64,000 bases of DNA from Microthyrium microscopicum (Eukaryota). The stretch spans positions 14,538 through 78,537 of the forward strand of contig MU004235.1 of the NCBI GenBank assembly GCA_010405405.1, in the 5' to 3' direction. Below, piece after piece: positions 1 through 14,409 of this stretch. The stretch's first letter is position 1. Each line of letters begins with the position of its first letter. Below the pieces are notes generated by a model, which searched no databases, was not told the origin of the DNA, and was given only the letters and a program-made list of their open reading frames with translations. The position numbers and the translations under genes were made by a program.

Positions 1-3000
1 ACTATAGCCTACCTCTTTAAAATTAAGTAAAATATAAATACTTATAATATAAACTTAATTTATACTCTCTAAGAAAAAGCTCTTAAAGCTTAAGAAGAGA
101 TATAAAACTTAACTAAAACTAATAATAAACGTATAAAGTAAATTACTTACCTTAAAGTATAAATTTAAAATAATACTATTACTTTTAAGAAAGTAGTAAC
201 TACTTACTAAAAGGTATAAAAACTATAATATAATAATAATTTACTTAAAGAAGTATTTACTACTTATATTAATAAGATTAGTAAATACTATAAGGCTCTA
301 TAAAAGAAGATAAATAAAGCTACTATTCTTTAAGCTTAGGTTAATACCTTTTAAAAGAAACTCTTAGCTACTAAAGTAGCTAATCCCTATCTTAATTATA
401 ATAAGTTAGTAAATAATAATCTATTCTACTAGACCTCCTTAGCTTAAGATATAAATTAATTTAACTTAAATATACTTTTAAGAGCATTAGACTTATATTA
501 AACTACTTTCTTTTCTAATCTTAACTTAGTTAGTAGCGCCTCTCTTCTTAAAGTATAAGATAATAAGTCTTTACTCTTTTCTAAAAAGGATAAATAAAAG
601 TATTATACTTAGAAAGATAAGATACTAAACTACTTAAATAATAATACTTAAGTCTATCTTATTAAAGCCTCTAAGATCTAAGTTATTTAAGGAATAATAA
701 AGAACTAAGTATTTAGTACTATTAATAAGTAGAGTAACTATAAGTTAACTAATTTATACTTATCTATTATAGAAATATAGTCTAATTTAGATTATAAGTA
801 TAGTATTAAGAATAGCTATATTACTACTAAAACCTAGCTTAAGAGTTAAGAAGCTATAATAAAGCTTACTAAGAAACTTAAAGAGTTTCTAGCCTACTTC
901 TTAGAGAATTTACGTAAAGCTAAGCTAAGTAATTAAGATAAGATTATTAAAATATAACTCCTCTTATTTCTAAAGTTTATAAAGAAAGTACTCTTTATAA
1001 AATTAAAAACTTTTACTAACTTCTTAGAAAGCCTATATACTATAGCCTATTATATTAAATACATCTTCTTTATAAATCTATATAGCTATAATAATAATAA
1101 TTACCTAGTAGCTAAAGGTAGTAAATAAAAGCCTAAATATAACTATCTTTTAGAAATTTATAATACGTTAAAGATAGATAATTACTATATAAAATATAGT
1201 AAAAAGAGTTATAGTTACTAGTAAAATAAAGTATTATATAAAGATAGAGACGCCTTATTAAACGCTAAGATATAACTAAAGGTTATAGCTATTATTATAA
1301 AGTTTACTACTATCTATAATTAAATTACTACTTAATCTTCTTAGTTTCTAACTATAGAGAATAATTATAATAAGTATAATTATAATAATAACATAAAAAA
1401 CTAAAAGCTTCTCTATAGAGACGTATAAAGGAGCTAAATAAGTAAGAAGCGTATAATTAGTAATAGAAGAAAGATAAACTTAACCTTAAGCTAGTTCTCT
1501 TTAAAGAACAAATCTAATATAAGGTTAATAAGACTATCTAATACTTAGAAGATAATCTTTAATAAGTATTATTCCTAGAGCTTATTATATTTAATAATAC
1601 TAAACTAGCTATTATTAAGATATCCCTTACCTCTATAGTATATAATTTTTATTCTTAAGAAGTAGCTACTATATTTATAGTAAGTAATTAGTAAACTACT
1701 TATAATATTATATTTTCTTTAAAGTAAGGCTACTATTTAAAAATTAATATTCTTATAGATACTAGGAGTAGAGTAATAAAAATTATTTACCCTAACTTTA
1801 TTAAATAATATAGAATCCTTATTATTAATCTCTCTACTCCTTAAATTATATAATTAGCTAATAGTAAGACTATTATAAAGGTTAATAAAGCTACTATAGT
1901 TAATATTTATTTAGGAGGATATATTAAATAAATCTACTACTTTATTATAAATATTACTAGCTATAACCTTATTCTTAGTAATCTATAAATTAACCTCTAT
2001 AAAGTTACTCTTAAAGAAAAAAAGAAATAAATTCTTTTTAATTTAGACTACTACCTAATATATTACTTACTAGCTAGTTATCTAATCTTAATAGATTATA
2101 AAGGCTACTTAGTTAACCTAACTAATTCTTACTTTAAGAATATTACTATAGTTAGTACTACTACCTTTATTAAGTTACTTAAATAAGGCTAGTAATTTAG
2201 TAAAATCTAGCCTAATAACTTTAAAGATAAGAAAGATAAGAAACCTCTAAATCTAAATCTTATACTAAAAGAAGATATTACTATTAACTTAGGTAAAATC
2301 TTATCTAAAGACTTTAAGAAGTAGTAAGAGAAATATAATAAGCCTCCTCTTTTATAAAAAGAGATTCTTAAATACTTACTAAAAGAATATTATTATTATA
2401 TAGATATCTTTAATCTAAAGTTAGGTAATAAACTTATACTATACTATAGTAAATAAAATTACTTTATTAATATTATCTTAAATACTACTATTCCTAAATA
2501 TTATTATAATAGCCTAGGTTACTAGGAATTCCTTATAGTTAAATAATATATTAATTAGATACTTAGCTAAGACTAAGTTTAAGCTAGTAAATTATATTAC
2601 GCTATATTAATATTATATATATATAAGCTAGGAAAAAGAATTTAAGTTTATATTAACTACTATAGACTTAATAAGATTATATAGAAGAATTATAATATTC
2701 CTTTATAGCTACTAAAAACTTTAACCTATATCTATTATATAAAATACTTTTCTAAGTTTAATGTTATTACTACTTTTATATATATTTATATTAAACCTAG
2801 TAATAAATATAAAACTATATTCTTAACTTATTATAAGTTATATAAATTTAAAGTTATACCCTTTAGCCTTACTAAAGCTTTAAGAACCTTCTAAGCTTAT
2901 CTTAACTATATCTTAATTAATTACCTAGATAACTTTATTATAGGCTATATAGATAATTTATTAGTCTTTAATAATACTAAAGCTAGCTATATTACTTATA

Positions 3001-6000
3001 TCTACCTAGTCTTAGAAGTAATAAATAAAGTAGAATTATACTTAGATATTTAGAAGTATAAATTTAATACTTAATAGGTTAAATACCTTAGCTTAATTAT
3101 TACTACTAAAGGTATTAAAATAGACCTAAAGAAGGTTTAAAGCATAGTTAACTAGTAACGTCTTTTTTTAGTAAAAGATATTTAAGCTTTCCTTAGCTTT
3201 ACTAATTTTTATTACTAATTTATTCTTAAATATTTAAAGACTATAGCACTACTAATAATACTTATAAAGAAAAATACTATAGTAATCTTCTCTTAGGACC
3301 CTAATAGGCTAAAGGAACGTACCTTTAAAAAGCTAAAGTAAGACTTTATATCTACTAAGATATTATATTACTTTAACTATATAAAAGAAACCTAGCTAAA
3401 GATAAATGCCTTAAATTAGGTTTATACTATAGTCTTCTCTTAAAAAAGTAATAATAGGAAGTTTTATCTAGTTATATATCTCTTAAAGAAGATAACCCTA
3501 GTAGAATATAATTATAATATTTATAATAAAGAGCTCTTAGCTATTATCTATATATTTAAAAAGTAGAAACTAAAGCTATTTAGTTTTATTAATCCTATTT
3601 AAGTATTCTTTAATTACTATAACCTTTAAACGTTTATAATAACGAAATATTTTTCTTAATAATAAGCTAGATAGGCTAAGTTCTTCTCCTAGTTTTACTT
3701 TAAAATAAAGTACTATTTAGGTATAACTAATAAAAAGGTAAATATTCTTACTTATTAGTTATAAAATATCTTATAAAGTAATAACAACCTTTACGTCTTT
3801 TAATAAGTCTAACCTTTACTATTCCTATATTAATTTAATATAAAGTACGCAATAAAGCTAGCTATATTATTTATTAAACCTACCTATCTCTTAATACTAT
3901 ACTTAGCTACTATTACTTAAGATAAGTTAAATATTTTTAATCCTATAAGTAAGCTACTTAATTTTATAGAAAAGTCTCTTAATAATAATAAGGCACCTAA
4001 GAATAAGCTACTTAATTCTTTAAGAAATAATCTATTTCTAGATTTTAATAGTAACTAGTTCCTATAAAATATTATAAATATAGTAGAGTATAATAAAATA
4101 ATAATTACTATTTACTATACTAAAACTAACTACTAGCTCTTCTTACCTTTTAGTACTCTAAAATAAGAGTAGATTAAGCTTAGAGACTATATAATAGCTA
4201 CTAATAAGATAATCCTTTACTATAACTAAATCTTTATCTCTTAAGGTAAGCTTTAGTATTATACTATATAGAGTATATATAGCTATAAAGCTATAAGCTA
4301 TAGTAGAGTAGTAATAACTTACTACTACCTATAGAAAGATTACTAGTAGCCTAAGATATTATAAGACGTTAAAAGCTTTATTAAAAGCTATAAATATATA
4401 TTTACTAAACCTATTTACTAAAAGAAGTAAAGCTTTCTATATTAATTCCCTCTTCCTAAGTATATATAGTCTAATATTTCTATTAACTTTATTATCTTAC
4501 TATCTTACTATTTATACTAAGGTATAATCTACTAATATATTATAGTAGTTATTAACTAATATATATAGACCTAATATTTTATTCTACTACTAAATCTATT
4601 TATAGACTTAATAGTATTAGCCTTTATTAACTATATATAGAAGCTTATTAGCTAGTTATTAATAATTCTTTTAAACTATAGTAGCTAATTTACCTCTATA
4701 TTTTAAAAGTACTTATATAAATATATAGGCATAATACTTTATCTTAGTATAGTATTTTACTCTAAAACTAATAATATAATAGAAATCTTAGTTACTATAC
4801 TTAAGTAGTTTTTATATATATTTATTAACTAGGATTAAGATAACTAGATAGCCTTTCTACTCTTTACTAAATTTATAATTAATTCTACTATAAACGCTAC
4901 TATAAGAGTTATATCTTTTAAAGCTTAAAATAGATTTAATCTTTATTTAAGCTTTAAGTCCTTATATTATCTTCTAAAACTTATAAATGCCTCTATAGCT
5001 ACTAATAAGGAAGCTATTAATATAGATATAATATAAAAAGGTTATACTAAGATATATAATTACTTAATAGAGTAATTAATCTAGATATAAGCTTAGTAAG
5101 TAAAATACGCTAACTACTATTACTATATAGCTCTAAACTTATTACTAAGTAACTAGGTTTACTTAGATATATAGAACTACCCTACTTTATATCTTTTAAA
5201 GACTCTAGATAATAAGAATATAAGTCTCTTTTATATAATTAAGAAGATTAATATTATTACTTATAAACTTAATCTTTTCTTTTCTATAAAAATATATAAT
5301 ATCTTTTATACCTAGGTCCTTTACTATATTATAGATAACGCTAAGCTACTTAAGTACGCTAATCTACTACTAGCAATTATTAGAAAAACTATAAATAATA
5401 ATAAATAGTCTATTAATACTATTATTAATAGCTACTTTACTAGTTAATATAAGAAACTATAATATAAGATTAAGTATACTAGTTATAATAAAGCTAAATA
5501 GTATAATTAGATAGCTACTAAGAATATACTAGAGCTTATTACTAAGTTTTATACTTAATATCCTAGCAAGCTAAGCCTATATCCTACCTAGATACTACTA
5601 ATACTAAAGCCTACTAGCAATAGTATTAATTATAACTCTAATAGCGTTTCTACTAATTAAGAAAAGTAAATAATTATACTACTAATTCCTTTATACTAAT
5701 AGGATTACTAACTACTAGACTACTAGGACTTAAGAACTAGAGTATTCTAAGAATATCTTAAGGTTTATTAATACTTCTTAATAGTTACCTTAGTAGGCTA
5801 GAGATTAAGATACTCTAAACGACTAATAAGGTTAGTATTATACTATAGAAGGATTAAAATATTATTTATTACTAAAAAGTTTATTAAACTAGACTAGACT
5901 AGACTAGACTAGACTAGACTAGACTAAATTAAAATAGAATAAATTAGGAAAGTAATTATAATTAGTAATCTATAGCCTAGAGAGCTATACTAAAAGAAGG

Positions 6001-6232
6001 AGTTATATAATAATTCCTCTTTATAGGCTTTATAGTAGTATTATAAAAAAGATCTTATTATAAAATTGCGCGCTAGACCTAAGGAGGTTAGTACGCCTAA
6101 GAATCTACTAAGTAGACTTATATTCCTTATAGATCTATAGCTCTTCTAGATCTTCTTCTCTTTCTCTCTTATTTATAGATTCTAGAATATAATCTAATTA
6201 TCTACTTACTCTAAGTTCCGCAGCTTGTTATA
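1..6232 (+). mobile_element. RIP-degenerated Ty3/Gypsy (chromovirus) LTR retrotransposon; 5' end lies outside the window
   Basis: Motifs recoverable by reversing C>T/G>A changes, in Gypsy order: protease IDTG-like (ata gat act agg, ~1755), RT VMPFGLT (gtt ata ccc ttt agc ctt act, ~2853) and GYIDD (ggc tat ata gat aat, ~2943), RNase H ETDAS (~3400) and YDIYDKELLAI (~3512-3545), integrase WSDISIDFI (~4468), chromodomain-like segment (~5405-5560). These are followed by a purine tract (~5991-6003) and an LTR. Many TAA/TAG stops. Confidence 0.9.
6006..6232 (+). repeat. 3' LTR, copy 1 (227 bp)
   Basis: Starts tataata and ends tgttata, consistent with RIP-altered TGTAACA...TGTTACA inverted ends. 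Preceded by a polypurine tract and nearly identical to 6586-6812. Confidence 0.8.
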
Positions 6233-6812
6233 TTAATTAGGAGGAGTAAAATAATTATATTACTAATTTCCTTATATTAATAGGATTACTAACTATTAGA
6301 CTACTAGGACTTAAGAACTAAAGTATTCTAAGGATATCTTAGGGTTTATTAATACTTCTTAATAGTTACCTTAGTAGGCTAGAGGTTAAGATACTTTAAA
6401 TAACTAGTAAAGTTAGTATTATATTATAGAAGAATTAAAATATTATTTATTACTAAAAGTTTATTAGACTAGACTAGACTAGACTAGACTAGACTAGACT
6501 AGACTAGATTAGAATAGAATAGATTAGGAAAGTAGATATAATTAGTAGTCTATAGCCTAGAGAGTTATACTAAAGGAAGAAGTTATATAATAATTCCTCT
6601 TTATAAGCTTTATAGTAGTATTATAAGAGAGATCTTATTATAAAATTACGTACTAGACCTAAGAGGGTTAGTGCGCCTAAGGATCTACTAAGTAGACTTA
6701 CTTTTCTTATAGATCTATAACTTTTCTAAATCTTCTTCTCTCTCTCTCCTATTTATAGATTCTAGAATATAATCTAATTATCTATTTGCTCTAAGTTCCG
6801 TAGCTTGTTATA
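6233..6812 (+). repeat. Tandem duplicate of the retroelement 3'UTR + PPT + LTR (580-bp unit; second LTR at 6586-6812)
   Basis: Matches ~5653-6232 at a ~580-bp offset, including the (GACTA)n tract, PPT and LTR. Differences are mostly transitions. Confidence 0.85.
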
Positions 6813-9370
6813 ACTTATAAATAAAGCTTAAGGTAGTCTTTAGCTACTTCTTTAACTAGTTAGGAGTATAGACGTATTTATTAATATAATTACTTAACTT
6901 AACTATAAAGGTAATATATAGCTTACTTAATAGAGTATAAAATATAAGAATAGTACTATCTTAACTAGAAAGAAAAGGTTATTACTTCTTAGTAATTATT
7001 TTAGTAACTACTAAGTTTTTAAATATAACTCTAGCTTTATATAGTATTTTTTAACTATATTAATTATAAAGAAATCTCTTTTATTATCTTAAAAGAAAAG
7101 CTTATATAAAATACTACTAAAATAACTAAGAAAATATTTACTTACTTAATATCTTTACTATATTACTTAAGTATTCTTACTTAGTTTAATAGCTATATAA
7201 TAGTATTTCTATTAGACTAGGAATAGTAAATAAATCTTTAACTCTACTAGTTATATAAAGAAGTAAGTAGTACTAAATAATTAAAATAATAACTAAGCTA
7301 CTTTTAGCTTAATTTATATACTACTTACTATTACTTTTATTATTATAATTAACTAATATATTACTAAAAGTACTATTACTTTACTTACTCTTAATATTAT
7401 TACTACTTTATTTAAGTACTAGATATTTCTAAATATATTAAAAGTTACTAATAAGTAATATTTTAATATATAATAAAAACTACTAAATAATATATAGTAT
7501 TAAGAGTTATAAAGCTTTATATAGAATTTTTAGAGTATATATTATAAGTATAATTAAATATACTAAATAGATTTACTACTATAGATACTAGTTATTACTC
7601 TAAGTATTTAATTTACTTATCTATAAATAAAGCTTAAGGTAGTCTTTTCTTTATTATATTACTTAAGTATTCTTACTTAGTTTTATAGCTTATTAAAGGT
7701 ATTTATAAAGGCTTATAGTATATTAAATATTTCTTTTTATTATTAAGTAGAATTATACTAAAAATATATTTTACTTAGTAAATTTTTTAGACTTTAAATC
7801 TAATATATATATAAACTACTAGAGTTAAGAACGCTACTAGAAGCTTCTTAAGTCTAGCTTAATAGACTATATAATAGTACTAAATATAAAATTTTTTAAA
7901 GAAAACTCTTTTATTTCTATAAAAAAGATAATTTAAGAAAAAAAGAAATTAATAGCGCTTTTTAAGTAGTATAAGGTAGAAAAGACTTCTTTAGTATATT
8001 ATAACTAGTTTTTAATACTAATTTTTATTAGACTAAGAATAGTAAATAAATCTCTAGCTTTACTAATTATATAAAGAGATAAGTAGTACTAGATAATTAA
8101 AATAATAACTAAGCTACTTTTAGCTTAATTTATATACTACTTACTATTACTCTTATTATTATAGTTAACTAATATATTACTAAAAGTATTATTACTTTAC
8201 TTACTCTTAATATTATTACTACTTTATATAAGTACTAAATATTTCTAAATATATTAGAAGTTATTAATAAGTAATATTTTAATATATAGTAATAACTATT
8301 AAATAATATATAGTATTAAGAGTTATAAAGCTTTATATAGAATTTTTAGAGTATATACTATAAGTATAATTAGATATACTAAATAAATTTACTACTATAA
8401 GTACTAGTTATTACTCTAAGTATTTAATTTACTTACTTATAAATAGAGCTTAAGGTAGTTCTTTCTTTATTATATTACTTAAGTATCTTTACTTAGTTTA
8501 ATAGCTTATTAAAGATATTTATAAAAGCTTTTAATATATTAAATATTTTTTCTTATTATTAAGTAAAATTATACTAGAAATATATTTTACTTAGTAAATT
8601 CTTTAGACTTTAAATCTAATATATATATAAACTACTAAAGTTAAGAATATTATTAAAAGTCCTTTAAGTTTAGCTTAATGAATTATATAATAGTACTAAA
8701 TATAGAAAGTTTTAAAAAAAACTCTTTTATTTTTATAAAAAAGATAATTTAAGAAAGAAAGAAGTTAATAATACTTTTTAAGTAGTATAGAGTAAAAAAG
8801 ACTTTTTTAGTATATTATAACTAGTCTTTAATACTAATCTTTATTAGACTAAAAATAGTAAATAAATTTCTAACTCTACTAGTTATATAAAGAGATAAGT
8901 AGTATTATATAATTAAAATAATAATTAAGCTACTTTTAGCTTAATTTATATACTACTTACTATTACTCTTATTATTATAATTAACTAATATACTACTAAA
9001 GATACTATTATTTTATCTACTTTTAATATTATTATTACTTTATTTAAGTATTAGATATATTTAGATATATTAAAGGTTACTAGTAAGTAATATTTCTATA
9101 TATAGTAATAACTTTTAAATAATTATTATTACTCTAAGTATTTAATTTATTTATTTATAAATAAAGCTTAAGGTAGTTCTTAGCTACTTCTTTAACTAGT
9201 TAAAAGTATAGATATATTTATTAATATAATTACTTAATTTAACTATAAAGATAATATATAGCTTACTTAGTAGAGTATAAGATATAGAAATAGTACTATC
9301 TTAACTAGAAAGAAAAGATTATTACTTCTTAGTAACTACTTTAGTAACTACTAAGTTCTTAAATACCTTA
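6813..9370. repeat. RIP-degenerated tandem array, about 3 units of ~816 bp
   Basis: Anchor attagact..aatagtaaataaat recurs at ~7211, ~8027 and ~8843. Anchor ataaagcttaaggtagt recurs at ~6821, ~7626, ~8441 and ~9161. Confidence 0.75.
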
Positions 9371-9783
9371 TTAGTTAGTTATAATAAATATAAGAGATAT
9401 ATTTTTTTACTAAGTTTAGAAGATAAAAGCCTAGTTATATATTCTACTTATAACCTACTAGAACTAGAATAATATTAAAAGCTAATTAAAATATTTAGAA
9501 AAGATAGACTATAAAAGTAATATATAGCTTACTTAGAATATAAGATATAGAAATAGTATTATTTTAACTAATTAGAAAAGATTATTATATCTTAGTAGCT
9601 AGTTATATAGTAATCTTTTTTTTTTCTAAAAATTAGATTTTCTATTAAAAGATTATAACTACTTTATCTAAGTACTAGATATATTTAGATATATAGAAAG
9701 TTACTAATAAGTATTATTTATATCTTATTATATATATTCTCTAGCTATAATAAATCTACTTAAGTATAGTATAAATTATACTT

Positions 9784-10230
9784 AAATAACTATAATATAC
9801 TTAATAAGTTTAAAATATTTTAAATAGTTTTATAATATTTCTAATAAAGTATATATTATCTTATATATATTTAATATCTTTATAATAAGTCTTAAATAAT
9901 TATAATATACTTAATAAGTTTAAAATATTTTAAATAGTTTTATAATATTTTTAATAAAGTATATAGTATTATCTTATATATATTTAATATTTTTATAATA
10001 AGTTTAAAATAACTATAATATACTTAATAAGTTTAAAATATTTTAAATAGTTTTATAATATTTCTAATAAAGTATATATTATTTTATATATATCTAATAT
10101 TTTTATAATAAGTTTAAAATAACTATAATATATTTAATAAGTTTTAAATATTTTAAATACTTTTATAATATTTTTAATAAAGTAAGTAGTTATTTTATAT
10201 ATATTTAATATCTTTATAATAAGTTAAATA
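9784..10230. repeat. AT-rich minisatellite, about 4 units of 110-113 bp
   Basis: Unit starting aaataactataatatacttaataagtttaaaatattttaaatag recurs at ~9784, ~9894, ~10007 and ~10117. Confidence 0.85.
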
Positions 10231-12170
10231 TAACTTTTCTAGTATAATACGTAGTCTTATTTATAATATATAATAATTTTTTTATAATATAAAAAGAATT
10301 CTAATTTTTCTAAATAGTTTATAGAATTAAATTAATTAATAAGTTCTATAAAAATAACTTCTAAGCTCTTAAAGCTCTTTATTAACTATATTATCTTCCT
10401 AGTACTATAGTGTTTTATTCTAGGTAGGCGTTTAGTACTTAAAAATATTTAAGAAAGTAAAAAGTTATTATTAGTATCTTTATTATAAAGATAAATTAAA
10501 AGCTTTTTAGTTTAGCTATTAGAATATCTACTTTCTAAATACTAGATTTTTTAAAATTTTAAGCTTATATAAATATTCTTATAAAGTAAATAGTTAAAAA
10601 TTCTAATATTATAAAGTATTTACTATATATTTTATATTAAATAATAATCTAAATTAAAGTAAAGTTATTTTATATAATATACTTTACTATCTTATATACT
10701 TATAAATATAATTAAAGAGTATATTCTATTTAATATTAGCTTTTATATTATTATTACTACTTTTATTTTTAGCTTATAGTTACTTCTTATTCTCTAGACT
10801 ACTAGTACTTTTAAAATCTTAAGCTTTATAGTATTATTCTTTAGAATTAAAGCTACTACTCTCTTTTAGAAGAATATCTTAATTACTTCTAGTTTCTAAA
10901 GTAAATAAGCTATACTATATACTTAAGCCTAGAAATTTTATTATTATAAACTTATTAATTCTAGATTTAGTAGCTAAAAAGTTAGATATAAATAATATTT
11001 TAGTATATTAGAAAACTTATTTAAGTTACTAGCTCTATATATGTATTATACTAAAATACTAGTATTATAGCCTTATTTAGTAGAATTAAAGTTAAAGTCT
11101 TATTTAGTCTTATAAGCTAATTTTAAGCTGTCTTAGTTTTAATTTTTAAAAGATATAAATTTTAAGTTAGATTTTTTTTTCTAATTACTAAATAAGAAGC
11201 TAAGGTTAGTTTTTAAAAGAAAATATTATTTTCTTATATAAGATTTATACTTATTAAGCTTACTAGTATATAAATATTTTATTTATATTATATTTATAAG
11301 TTATAGTAAAAGATTAAGTAATTATTAAATATCTTATAAAATAGTTTCTAGACTAATAAATAGAATTAATAAAAGTAGTTTAAATAAATTTTTTTATTAT
11401 ATTAGATAAGATACTTTATAGCTTTATTAGTTTAGATATTAGATATAATTCTCTATTAATATTAAGTTTATAACGTAAAGAATCTAAATCTTATTAGACT
11501 TACTTTCTATTACTTTAATTTATATAGAACTTTACTAAAAAGTAATATATTTTAAATAAATATAATTTAATAACTAATAACTAAAATTAAATATTATTTA
11601 AAATTCCTTATACTATATTTCTATAGCTTTTAAGTAGTTATAGTAATAAGGTCTATAATTCTTAAAAAGATAAGTAGAAGAAAATTTAAAAGAATCTATA
11701 GTAAAGTAACTAAAAATATCTTAATAATAATAAGGTAATATATAGCAAAAGCTATATTATTATATAGCTCTTTCTCTTAGGATTCTAGAAATATAATAAA
11801 ATTTATATAAATATTAAGAATAAAGCCTCTAAAAGTAATAAATAGTTTTTAAAAAGAATAATATAAAGAATTATAAATAACTTCTTAAGTTAGTATAAAT
11901 ATTAGACTTTCTTTAGTATTTTAGAATCTAGAGAATAAGGCCTATCTAATAATATAACTTTCGTTCTATAATATTTAGTTATTTAAAAGATATTTTTAGT
12001 TAGTTTACTATAAGGGTTTTTTAACCTTTAATTTTAAGTTAATAAGGTATAATACTTTAGTAAAAACCTAATAGCTTAAGAGATCTATCTTAGACTTATA
12101 AGCTCTTAAAATATTTAATAATTCTATCGTAAGGTAGTTAAGTATTAAATATCTAAAAAGAGCTATTTAG
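10230..12170. other. RIP-degenerated AT-rich sequence of unidentified origin, with an abrupt boundary to normal composition at ~12170
   Basis: Near absence of CpA/TpG, excess TpA, and no ORFs in the track. Confidence 0.7.
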
Positions 12171-12222
12171 GGTGTAGAAGGGGTAACGAGAAGTGGGTCT
12201 GACGGGATCTAGGTCCTCTACG

Positions 12223-12585
12223 TTAAGCATCACTACCCTGGAGGTCTATACCGTACTTCTCGCCGGTAGTGAGATCAACAACCTTCCAAATGCCATCCCA
12301 AAGTTTATATTTGTACTCATGTCCCTCGGGGAGATCCAACGTGTAGCTCTTCGTTCCATTGCGAAGCTCAATTGTGTTCCCATTGCGAGGATTCACATAT
12401 ATCTCACAGTACTTGTGTGGTTTCTTGGCTCCATCATGACACTTTCTGGAATTTTCTTGCCGCTTGCTGGACTCTCCATGACGAGTTTTGGAACTTTCAG
12501 CTCGCTGACTGGATTCTTGCTGCTTCTTTGATCCCTCGGGTCGCTGAATAGCCTCTTGATGTTGCTCCATTTTGTACCTAAGCAC
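12223..12585 (-). CDS. Hypothetical 120-aa protein with short ESS(Q/K) repeats
   Basis: ATG-started ORF with repeated QQESSQR/AESSKT/GESSKR/QENSRK units and a globular-looking C-terminus. No recognisable family. Confidence 0.4.
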   Translation of the reverse strand: MLRYKMEQHQEAIQRPEGSKKQQESSQRAESSKTRHGESSKRQENSRKCHDGAKKPHKYCEIYVNPRNGNTIELRNGTKSYTLDLPEGHEYKYKLWDGIWKVVDLTTGEKYGIDLQGSDA

Positions 12586-13077
12586 TTCTTCACTCCTTTG
12601 CGCTGTTTTGGTTTTTGACGAGTTAAGAACGACTTGTGGGCCTGTAGTTGCTCGGATGGTCTATGTATTCGTGAGTCTGAAATGCGTTGGAACAGGTGGT
12701 TGGGTGGTTGGATGGTTAATGGTGTGGATGGAATAGCGTTTCGCAGTATGTGCCCGTGTGTTTATTGATGATAGAAAGATATTGTAATGGCTTAAATGGC
12801 AGAGTTGCACTAGTATTAAAGACGACCAAGGAAGAATTGTAGTAGGCTAGTGATGGCTGTATCAGGCGATAGAGCTTGTGAGCTCTATTCAGTAGAAACA
12901 CTTTGACTTCACTTGTAGTTTGGTAATGCTCCGTCAGTTATCATTTGGTGATTGTGATACGTTGAGCTCAAGTGAGTTCGCGGTCATTTTCGCCAGCATG
13001 TCACTTATATCGTGGCCTTTAACAAAACAGTCCTGTACTTGATGAAGATAGAACAATCGTTGGCGGGTCATTTGAGA

Positions 13078-13825
13078 TTAACAATTATCATTTGCAATAG
13101 TTTCTAATCCACCATTCACTTTAACGTTGTGCACCACTATTTGCTTCTGATTGGCACACTTTAGTCTGATACTGACTTTGTCAGCTCCAGTTCCTGATGA
13201 TAATTGGAAGTAGTTGTGAGGCTGACGCTTGGTTTGCGTCCACGAGGAACCTTCATTCGTAGAAATCTCCAAAGCCTGAATGGGACGATTCGCATTCAAG
13301 ACCTGCATTGAGAACCTAGAAACTATCAGCGAAATCTATACCTGTGATTGTTTCAACGAATTCAACTAACCAATGCTTCGAAGCACCCTCTTTCGTCCGC
13401 AGTCGAATAGGAGTGCTAATTCCACATTCCACAACCTCCCAGCTGATATCAAGGATACTAGCATTTGGATTTCCAAGCTCTGCAAATGCATTCTTGAATA
13501 GATCCAATTGATGAGTCTTACACTCGGGGCACTGATCAACTACCTGAGAGGACTTTAGACAAAAACAAAATAGTAAAGCTGTAAGTGAACTAACCATAGC
13601 TTTGATCCTATTGCCTTTCGGGCCAGTGACTTCAACACAAGAGCCACATATCTCGCTATCCGCCCAGCTCTGGCCGGTTATCGCAGTCCCATATATCCCT
13701 GGCGGTAAAGTGTATGTCGAAAAACTACAAGCGCCGCCATGGAGATTTCCACCGTAATGAGTGGCTTGCCCTCGAAGTGCTTCGTAGAAATACACCAGAA
13801 AAGTGAGCAAGAACAGAAACTTCAT
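13078..13825 (-). CDS. Secreted expansin-like protein (DPBB + CBM63 type, EXLX-like), 2 introns
   Basis: Signal peptide MKFLFLLTFLV, followed by GQATHYGG..GGACSF, CGSCVEVTGP, VVDQCPEC, LDLF..AF, and C-terminal VLNANRPIQALEIST...W...R..HNYF. GT-AG introns near 13545-13594 and 13316-13369. Confidence 0.9.
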
Positions 13826-14409
13826 CTCGACTATGATTCCACGCTAAGTACATCCATTTAGCCTCGCGAGCTCACTGATTATCTAAGTACTGATTAGTAG
13901 ATGGCTTTGTTTCCGCTATCAAACTTGAAGGTCTAGTGGGATATCGGGGGTTGCTTGCGACGGTTGAAGACTGGTTGTATCATGTATATTATTACAGGCG
14001 CTACCTACGACGGTCAACGAAGACTTAACAAACACATTTGCTACAATGAAATTGGACACTATGCTCCTCGCAGCATGATGCCTTCATTGATCCTCAGTAG
14101 AAAGGGACTGGATTTGCAGCTCTTAGATTATGCCTAGAATCAAGCGACAGTTGTTGGAAGTTGGACATCCTGAAGCTAAGCCCGTACGGACTGCCCCTGT
14201 TGTATATAAACATCTCGATCAAAGAGTCTCTCGACTCTTCTTTCTCGTTTCAAGTTACCTTCCTGTTTGGCAGGCTCAAAGTATACTTGTCTCATCGTTA
14301 TTCAACCCATAACACCAATTCTACCTCCAGCAGCTCCAAATGTTGCAGTAGCGCCAACAAACCCGCTCCAATCTCTCCCAGCTTCCGTCGCTGCGGTTCA
14401 GCATGCCCG

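Noticed and set aside
5888..5925. (GACTA)n short repeats, and the larger arrays, as a CRISPR-like array
   Set aside because: There are no unique spacers, the context is eukaryotic, and this is a simple microsatellite within the retroelement 3'UTR.
1..12170. AT-rich block as mitochondrial/NUMT or foreign DNA
   Set aside because: TpA excess with CpA/TpG depletion and recoverable Gypsy motifs indicate RIP-mutated nuclear repeats.
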